A DNA stretch of 25,587 bases from Phycisphaerales bacterium (GTDB taxonomy: Bacteria; Planctomycetota; Phycisphaerae; WQYP01). The first letter of the stretch is position 1. Each line of letters opens with the position of its first letter. The stretch is from NCBI GenBank assembly GCA_027451365.1, contig DAIDJN010000010.1, positions 1-25,587 of the forward strand, read 5' to 3'. Of the stretch, positions 1 through 7,231 are shown piece by piece. The position numbers and the translations under genes were made by a program. The notes beneath the pieces were generated by a model. The model saw only the letters and a program-made list of their open reading frames with translations, ran no database searches and was not told where the DNA came from.

Positions 1-65
1 CGGTATTCGCGGGTGTACCACCCCGACGCGTTCCGCTTTACATTTGCTTCCAATGTCATCATCAT
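1..65 (-). CDS. 5' end of a gene running off the window (MMMTLEANVKRNASGWYTREY...), product unknown
   Basis: Minus strand reads TAAGGAG (73-67) followed by ATG ATG ATG (65/62/59), and the frame stays open to the window edge. Confidence 0.55.
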   Translation of the reverse strand, partial: MMMTLEANVKRNASGWYTREY

Positions 66-306
66 GCTCCTTATGCTTGTGACGACAATAGATTCTCAAA
101 TTTTCAGGCTGCCGAGAAGACGCAGTTCGTAATGCGGACACCAATCAAGCGGTGCGGTTTCTTTTGGATCGCCGTCGCCGAACAGTGAGCGCCACACCGA
201 GCGTGCCACCGGGCGGGTTAAAACCGGCCTCAAAAATGCGCTAACGCGCAAAAGGATCAGCGGAGAATAATCGGGCTTTTGACGCGCAAGGGCGAAGATG
301 CAAATC

Positions 307-2019
307 CTACCAGGCGTGTTTAACCTCTATACGCTTAACCTCGAATGAGAATACATCCATAGTCATCCCATGCCAACTTAAATGATATACATTGCCTGTT
401 TTTGTGTAATGTTTAGTGGTCATGGTGGTGCCGGTGTTTAGGTGAAAGACATAGCCGGTGATCGGGCCGAGGGCGGCCGGCGGCGTTGGAATCTTCGAGG
501 AAATCCAGACTATCCTCACGTTGGATTGCAGGTAATATTGGGTTGCGTTATTTGATATGCTCACGGCGTTGATCAGCGAAAAGTCACGGTAGCCCAGCGC
601 TCCTTGCTCGGTAAACACCAACCCGGAAGGCAGCGTTACCGCCAGCGCTTTGCCTTCTGCTGCTTGTGGGGCGACGCCAACAACGACGCCAAAAGCCGCA
701 TGGGTTTGACGAGGTTCCCAATGAAGTACAACTGGGTTTTTGGAATAAATCCGGACCCTTTGCCACGGGGCCTGCGAGTTGCCCGCTATGATCCGCAAAG
801 CCGCATTTTTAAGCTTGCCGATTTGGCGATTAAATCTTCGTCTTTCGCTAACTTCCGCCAGCATTTCAGTTTTCGGGACCTGCCACTCGACAGCGTTGGG
901 GTATAAGTTTTTTTGCTCCTGAAGTGCGGCCGCGTGTTCCTCCTGTTGGCGCAATCTTCCTGCCCGATAGAGAGCCCCATACCAAGCCCTGACAGCCTTT
1001 ATTTCTGAAACCTGATGCCTTGAATAGTGGGATTGCTCCCGCCAAAAAAGGCGGCCCTTAATTATGTTGTAACCATTTGTTGCCGGCACTACACTCCGCA
1101 CTCGGAAATTTACGATTACGGGCTTCCGAATAAGCTTCAAATTGAGGGCGCGGGCGGAGGCGGGCAATTCGGCGGCCGTAGCCCGGGGCAGTTTTGGAAA
1201 AATAACTTTGAGCAGGCCCTCAAGATTAGAAATTCCTTTACGCTTCTGGGAAAATTTCGCTACCAGTCCCGGCCATTGACTTTGCGGAACTGCTCCCAAA
1301 GTTCCCGATTCATCGGGACGCGAGGGGAATAATGGTGACGAACTAACCGGATTGTTGGCAGAGTCGGCGTTAAGGTCGGCTCTTGCCACCTTGGACGCCG
1401 CGATATCATTTGCTATAGCAAGGGTGTTCTGGTCGCGCCTGTCCCGTTTTATAAGCGTATTTATTGCCGCGATCTCTTGCTCGTCGGCAGCCAATATTGC
1501 ACGGTGGCAGCGCTGTTGGGCGTTTGACCATTCTCTTAGGCTTCGCCGTGTGGCGGAGTTACGATTAATTACGGCGGTTTTGATGGACATGGGTTGCTGG
1601 AAACTGACGGTCTGGAAATATCCGAGCAAAGAGAGCGGGGTGGCCGGTGTTAGGGCCCCATACCTGGCGGTGATTTTCCCGACCAGACGGCGTGCCGCAT
1701 TTGCCGTGCTCACTCCGCCAGGTCCCGTTGGATTATTGGCAATCGAGTGGAGAACGGCTATCTCTGCCTTGTCCGCATGCAAAAGGGCCGCGACGCATTG
1801 CCTTTCCGCGGCTGCCCGCTCCTGCAAGGCTTTGGTAACGGCGGCTTGTCGATTCTTATTCAGCGATTCGATTGTAATGGGTTTGTTATTTCCAACGAGC
1901 AGCGTGCTTCCACCCATCGCTGAAAGGGGAAAATCGAACCATGCGGTATCCGTAAAAGCGGGAATTGCAGATCCGATGAATAGAGCAATCGCCCAACGGG
2001 ATATTGATTTTCGAATCAT
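307..2019 (-). CDS. Predicted secreted hypothetical protein, 570 aa, with an internal ~48-aa helical duplication and a small C-terminal beta-rich domain
   Basis: Long ORF. The N-terminus is signal-peptide-like (MIRKSISRWAIALFIGSAIPAFT). aa46-93 and aa142-189 align. The C-terminus is YVFHLNTG...VFSFEVKRIEVK. Confidence 0.8.
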   Translation of the reverse strand: MIRKSISRWAIALFIGSAIPAFTDTAWFDFPLSAMGGSTLLVGNNKPITIESLNKNRQAAVTKALQERAAAERQCVAALLHADKAEIAVLHSIANNPTGPGGVSTANAARRLVGKITARYGALTPATPLSLLGYFQTVSFQQPMSIKTAVINRNSATRRSLREWSNAQQRCHRAILAADEQEIAAINTLIKRDRRDQNTLAIANDIAASKVARADLNADSANNPVSSSPLFPSRPDESGTLGAVPQSQWPGLVAKFSQKRKGISNLEGLLKVIFPKLPRATAAELPASARALNLKLIRKPVIVNFRVRSVVPATNGYNIIKGRLFWREQSHYSRHQVSEIKAVRAWYGALYRAGRLRQQEEHAAALQEQKNLYPNAVEWQVPKTEMLAEVSERRRFNRQIGKLKNAALRIIAGNSQAPWQRVRIYSKNPVVLHWEPRQTHAAFGVVVGVAPQAAEGKALAVTLPSGLVFTEQGALGYRDFSLINAVSISNNATQYYLQSNVRIVWISSKIPTPPAALGPITGYVFHLNTGTTMTTKHYTKTGNVYHLSWHGMTMDVFSFEVKRIEVKHAW

Positions 2020-2056
2020 CCAGAACTCACTTTACGATCAGATAACATGTATCGAT

Positions 2057-2084
2057 ATTATGTCGAAAAATTTAAATAGTTCAA
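2057..2084 (-). promoter_or_regulatory. Putative sigma70-type promoter for the 570-aa gene
   Basis: Minus strand TTGAAC-16 nt-CATAAT in an AT-rich intergenic gap, about 38 nt upstream of the ATG at 2019. Confidence 0.45.
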
Positions 2085-2187
2085 GGTCCCGATCGCGGCA
2101 AGCTCGGAAAATGAGTATCCATTCTGGATGAACATGGACCAGTACCCGATATGAGCAAACGGATACGCGGCACTCCGCAATGAAACG

Positions 2188-3009
2188 TCAATGAACATGA
2201 CGGGCAATCTTAAGTGCCACCGCAGTTAAGACAATGACCCAATACACGAGCAGCATCGCATATCCGGACAGCGAAATAATTCCAAGGACCAATCCCGCGG
2301 TGGCCAAACCATTTCCATCGGTTGTTTTGAGCTTTCGATTGCCGCGTGACGTTACAGAGGCGAAAATTGTCGCCAAGGTAGCGCACGCCAATCCAATGAC
2401 AAGAATCACCCAGAACACCAGCGCCATTCCTCGCGAATAAACTAACAGTACAAGGCAAGCTGGTACTGCTGCTGGGACAATCAGGCTCGCGATGCCAAAA
2501 ATAAGTGATGCCACGCCATATCCATGACAACTGGGCGATGCGTCCGCGTTCGCTGGGGCTTGTCCGGCGGGCGGCACACTCGGCAGCAATCTTTGGTAGC
2601 ACGAGGGGCAGATATAACGTCCTCGGTCGTTAAAGAGCTGCGCCGCTGGCAATACGCTTCCACATGAAACACAAGCGATCACCGGGCCATTAAATGGCTG
2701 TGATTGTGTGTTGCCTGCGGCCGGCGTTGGTACGTCAGTTGTTACGTCATTTGAATCCGCCGAGTCCTTAACCGCATAAGGAACTTCCTCCGCAGCCGCG
2801 GCTTGTGGTCCAGGCAATATCGTGGCCCGCGGAGCCGCATCAGGTAGAAGGCCCGGCACGGCCGTGGCCGGGGTCCAGTCAACTTTATCTCTGGATACTT
2901 CGTGAATTCGAGATAACATGCCCAGCTTCACTAACCGCTGGAGAGCCGTAAAGTCAAAGGGGCCGGATATTTTTCCCCTCAATCGGACAAAATAAGTCTC
3001 ACTGGCCAT
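2188..3009 (-). CDS. GYF_2-like domain + CxxC zinc finger + DUF4190-like membrane domain protein (~273 aa)
   Basis: Start moved to ATG 3009, which has AAGGAG 8 nt upstream. N-terminus YFVRLRGKISGPFDFTALQRLVKLGMLSRIHEVSRDKVDW matches the GYF_2 pattern (GPF...L..L...G.L......W). CVSC-x17-CPSC finger. ASLIFGIAS ... GNGLATAGLVLGIIS is DUF4190-like, with about 3 TM helices. Confidence 0.8.
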   Translation of the reverse strand: MASETYFVRLRGKISGPFDFTALQRLVKLGMLSRIHEVSRDKVDWTPATAVPGLLPDAAPRATILPGPQAAAAEEVPYAVKDSADSNDVTTDVPTPAAGNTQSQPFNGPVIACVSCGSVLPAAQLFNDRGRYICPSCYQRLLPSVPPAGQAPANADASPSCHGYGVASLIFGIASLIVPAAVPACLVLLVYSRGMALVFWVILVIGLACATLATIFASVTSRGNRKLKTTDGNGLATAGLVLGIISLSGYAMLLVYWVIVLTAVALKIARHVH

Positions 3010-3049
3010 TTTGCATTCTCCTTCTGCCGTGTACATGTTTTCCGGCGGT

Positions 3050-5971
3050 TCATTTTCGCGGGCTGGTAATAAATACAAACGAGCCGTTGGTTATTTTGGA
3101 ATGCGCGGCCGGTGTCATGACCCATGTTCCTGACCGCATCACGCCAATCTGCTTTAGCTTATACCCCGTTTCATTCTCGAGAACGACCCATGCGATATCG
3201 CCTTCTTGTGGCGGCACGGCACAATGGAGTGTCGGGGAATCTACCTTCGTTTTTCGGTAGACGGCCAGCGACGCGATGTTGAAGCAGGCCAGCCGGGCCA
3301 TTGATTGGTGCGAGCGATTGGCCTTGGCAATTAGTGCCTTAAGGTCTGGCAACTTATTGAACGCCCGTTTCACACCGCGGGCAACGTTCCTGGGAATTGG
3401 CTCGCCGGCGGGGTACAGCCAATTGACGTTGTCCAGATCCAACTGTGTCAATTCTGAGGCAGCGTTGGAGAACGCGACCATTTTTGCCTTCCCGAGGGTC
3501 CGCTTATTGAGGGTAATGGCATCCAGCAGGAGCAGCCCCCGAACAACTGGACTGGTTGAAGAATAAAGTTGAGCGCCCATCAACTGCATTGTCTTAAATC
3601 CGATGGTGTCCCATTGGTCAAAGCGCATTGAATTAATCGCGTGAAGCAGACGGCGGGATAGCTTCGATTGCGGGCTGCGTGTCGGTTTTGCCGAATTGAG
3701 TTTAATCCCGGATGGAAGGTCGATCGTGGTCAGGTGTCTGATATCCGCAGAAGTGACGGCATTGAAGGATAATTCCACCAAGTTGCCAACCGTAATTTTG
3801 TTGATGACCGCATCGGGTAATACGTAATACATATTGCCATTTGACGCGGTCCAAACGTCAAGATTTCGCAATAAGCGATTATGAAGGACCGTAGAGAAGC
3901 GTCCTTTCCACGGGCCGCCGCTCGCGGTGGCAGACAGCCCCTGCGTCAGGTAGGTCGAATATGCGTTAGCCTGAATCGTGACTGGCGAATCGGGGAAGGC
4001 TTTGAGATATGTAGCGATTGCCGCGACGCGTGCGCGGGCTTCCGCTCTGGCCGGATTGAGCAAATGGCCGGACCATGGCCTCTGAAGGTCGGCCCAGGCG
4101 CTGACGGCCTTTAAGCCCGGAACCAACTGGGCTAATTGCCGGACCCTTAAGCGATGGCGTCCGTTGGGCTGCGAGCTTTGGTAATTGTTCAATGCCGCAA
4201 TATAGGCGGCTACGGAAAGTGGCGGGGAAAGCACGCGCTGGTAAAGTGAGTCATCAAAAATAATACGGTGAATTGACGCATCCCGCCTGGCAAGCGTGGC
4301 CTGCAATGAAGCGATTTCCGCATTGAATATGGGTGGGGAAACACCTTTGGTCGCAGACAATAATTTCAATTGGATATTCAACTGGTCCAAGACCTTGGCA
4401 GCGGCTGGGGCATTTTCAGTGATGACATTTTTAGACAAGCGAGAATAAATCGAATTGCTTAAAGCGGTTACGGCCCTGTTGAAGGCCGCGTTGCGCAACG
4501 CTTGCTGCTGCTGATCGTATTCGAGCCGATGACGAAACCATTTGTTTACGGAGGCTATCTCCGAAGGGCGGAGGGCGATTGGCTTGGCCTCTTCCATTAG
4601 TTGTAATGAGCGGGGACTGCCAATCCTCATGCCCATAGCCCGGTTGTAAAGCGACGCGAAGCGTCTGGCTCGCACTTTTTCCGCAGCGACGGCGGCCTTT
4701 AGCCTGGCCGTTCCCGCTGAAATATTCGGGATGTCGCGGATAGACGCGGACTGCTTGGCCAACATGGCCAGAATTTGTTGGCCGTCGGTTAAATCTCCAT
4801 TTTTGACGACCTTTTCGATGGCGGATTTAATGACATTGTTCCAGCCGTGAGCTTGTTGATTGCGAATGGTGAGATAGGTGAAAAGTCCCGCCCCCGCTAA
4901 TATGACCACAGTTAAGGCGGCGACCCCAAAATAGATCATTCTGCGGCGCCGTCCGGCTTCGCGGTCCCGACGCGCCATACATTGTTTATAACGGACCTCA
5001 AGGTCCGGTGGAATCGGAAGAGGTATGCGGGTTGTGGCTTTATAGGCTTGTTGAATAATAAGCGTTGCCTCGTCGCGGTCTATCGCTTGTTCGAGCCGCG
5101 CGCAGGCCGCGGCAAAATCCTGCTGCTGCGTCCGGACTTGATCCAGCCCATCAATCCAGTTTTGAACCGCATTGATTCTCTCAATTATATCTTCCGCGGG
5201 CTTTTGATCCCGCATTATATTTGCGCAGGCCGCGAGCAGTTCTCGGCAGCGACTCTCCTCGGAAGCAGAATAAGCCGCATCCAATTCCGGCAGCAGGCGT
5301 TGCAGGTCGCGTTCTGCTTCGGCTGCCTTAAATTTATTCAACCGGGCGTCTACCTCGCGCACCATGTCCACCGGCACAGGGACCCTCCAGCGGTCGGAAG
5401 TCAATTCACTTTTCAAGCTTACCAGCACGCCGCCATTTACATCGCCTGATGCAAGCACGCGGCGCACTTCAGCAATTCGGACGGTTTCAAAAAGGCGTAT
5501 ATCTTCCTCCCAGAAGGATGCGTTGGTGTCAAACTTGGCGATTTCCCGCATAACAACGAGCCGAAGCGATAGCGGTGCCGCAGAAAGCGCAAGCGTGCGG
5601 TGTTTTGCCAGCAATACCGCAATCGGCTGAACGGCGGCATAGGCTGCATTAATTGCAGCTGCGGAATCCACATCCAAAGGTGGTGCTTCGGGCAGGTCAT
5701 ACTTCAGGCAGAGTTGTTGCCAGTCACCTTGCCCGGAAAAATCCAGAATGCTTAGCTGATCAAGAACGTTTGGGCTGGCCTCTGCCAAATGAACCGCCTC
5801 GGTACGCAGGTTCTGCCGCAGCAGTTGCGAACAACGGCGAATGCGATCATTGACGGCGCGGCATAGTTCGGCGTAGCTAAGGGCCAAGTCGCGCAAATCG
5901 GGCGTCACGGTTTGATCCTGTGCCGTGAGCACGTCGCGTAACTTATCCACTACTTCCTGTGCTTCAGCCAT
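3050..5971 (-). CDS. 973-aa bitopic, largely alpha-helical hypothetical protein
   Basis: Long ORF with a GGGAG RBS. Acidic helical N-terminal ~340 aa, then RRRR followed by a single TM (MIYFGVAALTVVILAGAGLFTYLTI, ~4865-4939), then ~600 aa predicted extracytoplasmic. Confidence 0.85.
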   Translation of the reverse strand: MAEAQEVVDKLRDVLTAQDQTVTPDLRDLALSYAELCRAVNDRIRRCSQLLRQNLRTEAVHLAEASPNVLDQLSILDFSGQGDWQQLCLKYDLPEAPPLDVDSAAAINAAYAAVQPIAVLLAKHRTLALSAAPLSLRLVVMREIAKFDTNASFWEEDIRLFETVRIAEVRRVLASGDVNGGVLVSLKSELTSDRWRVPVPVDMVREVDARLNKFKAAEAERDLQRLLPELDAAYSASEESRCRELLAACANIMRDQKPAEDIIERINAVQNWIDGLDQVRTQQQDFAAACARLEQAIDRDEATLIIQQAYKATTRIPLPIPPDLEVRYKQCMARRDREAGRRRRMIYFGVAALTVVILAGAGLFTYLTIRNQQAHGWNNVIKSAIEKVVKNGDLTDGQQILAMLAKQSASIRDIPNISAGTARLKAAVAAEKVRARRFASLYNRAMGMRIGSPRSLQLMEEAKPIALRPSEIASVNKWFRHRLEYDQQQQALRNAAFNRAVTALSNSIYSRLSKNVITENAPAAAKVLDQLNIQLKLLSATKGVSPPIFNAEIASLQATLARRDASIHRIIFDDSLYQRVLSPPLSVAAYIAALNNYQSSQPNGRHRLRVRQLAQLVPGLKAVSAWADLQRPWSGHLLNPARAEARARVAAIATYLKAFPDSPVTIQANAYSTYLTQGLSATASGGPWKGRFSTVLHNRLLRNLDVWTASNGNMYYVLPDAVINKITVGNLVELSFNAVTSADIRHLTTIDLPSGIKLNSAKPTRSPQSKLSRRLLHAINSMRFDQWDTIGFKTMQLMGAQLYSSTSPVVRGLLLLDAITLNKRTLGKAKMVAFSNAASELTQLDLDNVNWLYPAGEPIPRNVARGVKRAFNKLPDLKALIAKANRSHQSMARLACFNIASLAVYRKTKVDSPTLHCAVPPQEGDIAWVVLENETGYKLKQIGVMRSGTWVMTPAAHSKITNGSFVFITSPRK

Positions 5972-6007
5972 AAAGGCTCCCTTTGATTCGTCCAGATTCT
6001 GAATTTC

Positions 6008-7231
6008 TTATTTTTTTTGGGCCATTCCTGCCGGTCGCGTGGCGCGGTGCGGTCTTTTGAAGGTAACCGTCTCCAGCACGGGCCCGCCGGGGTAAAGTTC
6101 AACGCCGAGAGACAATAACCGCAGGGATCGGAGGCGCTTATCCCGTGCCGCGATAATCGCCAGGATTGCCTTCACTTTTCTAAGATCATGGCCCAAGCCG
6201 ACAGCGCCCGTGTTTTGCTGTTCCAAAATCAATCGTAGTGTGGCGTTTAGCTGCGATTTTATTGAGGGAACCAGCCGAACTTCGTGACCGTAATTACATA
6301 TGAGGTTTCCATGCACAAGACGAAAAATCAGGCAGCTCAATTTTACAGCGGCTGGCTTACCGTCGGGCCTTGGGCGGCTGGTAAGGTTAATCCAGACTGC
6401 TTTGATACGACGATTGGTGGAGGTAGCCAAGCCAACAAGATGAATCCTTCGTCGCCCCCACATCCGGAATGATTCGAGTGCCAATGATAAATCTGGTCTG
6501 GTTCCAACTGCCACCAAATCCGGCGGAACCTGGGTCATGATTGAGGATGGGGTGGAAGGCCCCAGCAATACGATCTTATCCCGCGAGAGGGCGGGAAGAA
6601 ACTGAATACGTTCCTTTGCTCCACTTTTCAATCGAAAATCCAGTACCATCTTTTCCAACGGGACGCGCCCGCGCCCAATCCCCCGGCCCCCGGCCCAAAG
6701 GGCTGAGCTGGCGTTGATTATTATTTTCCCGGTCAGATTATTAATGCTTATTTCAGCGGCACGAACCGATTTTGGCGCGGCAATCGGGCTGCTTACGCGC
6801 GGGTTCCAATAAATGGCGAATTTTGCTTTTTTGGTTCCGAGAAAATGTATCTTGTACCAGTGCTGCGGCTTCAATCCGCCGGCGTTATCGTCGATTGTTT
6901 TTGCGAACCGGAGGATTGAGAATTGTCCGTCCTTGACATCCGGTGGAAAGACTACGCGAAACTGCTTAACGTCGGTAATCCGAACGGCTCTATGAGCATT
7001 GTTTGTACCGGTTGCAAGCAGCAGGCCGCCACCTTTGGGCGGTGCGAAAATCGGCTTGTTGATGACGATCAGGCTCTCCGATACGGCATTGCCATTCGTG
7101 CCCGTTGCAACGGGCGGAGGCATCGGGGCGGATAGAACGTTGGCGACCTGTAATAATGTCAGAACCAGAGCAATCACGCTGGCGAACAACCATAATGCGG
7201 AACAAGTTGAGAAGACGGATTTGATGTTCAT
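6008..7231 (-). CDS. Exported or membrane-anchored hypothetical protein, paralog of the C-terminal domain of the upstream GAP1-like protein
   Basis: N-terminal hydrophobic segment. ATGA overlap with the upstream stop (7228-7231). Colinear motifs shared with 7228..8298, including the identical VELYPGGPVLE. Confidence 0.85.
   Translation of the reverse strand: MNIKSVFSTCSALWLFASVIALVLTLLQVANVLSAPMPPPVATGTNGNAVSESLIVINKPIFAPPKGGGLLLATGTNNAHRAVRITDVKQFRVVFPPDVKDGQFSILRFAKTIDDNAGGLKPQHWYKIHFLGTKKAKFAIYWNPRVSSPIAAPKSVRAAEISINNLTGKIIINASSALWAGGRGIGRGRVPLEKMVLDFRLKSGAKERIQFLPALSRDKIVLLGPSTPSSIMTQVPPDLVAVGTRPDLSLALESFRMWGRRRIHLVGLATSTNRRIKAVWINLTSRPRPDGKPAAVKLSCLIFRLVHGNLICNYGHEVRLVPSIKSQLNATLRLILEQQNTGAVGLGHDLRKVKAILAIIAARDKRLRSLRLLSLGVELYPGGPVLETVTFKRPHRATRPAGMAQKK

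Noticed and set aside
1352..2131. 259-aa plus-strand ORF
   Set aside because: It is antisense to the 570-aa gene, which has a signal peptide, an internal repeat and a candidate promoter.
3010..3078. ORF-track N-terminal extension of the GYF protein
   Set aside because: It overlaps the upstream gene, and a strong RBS supports ATG 3009.
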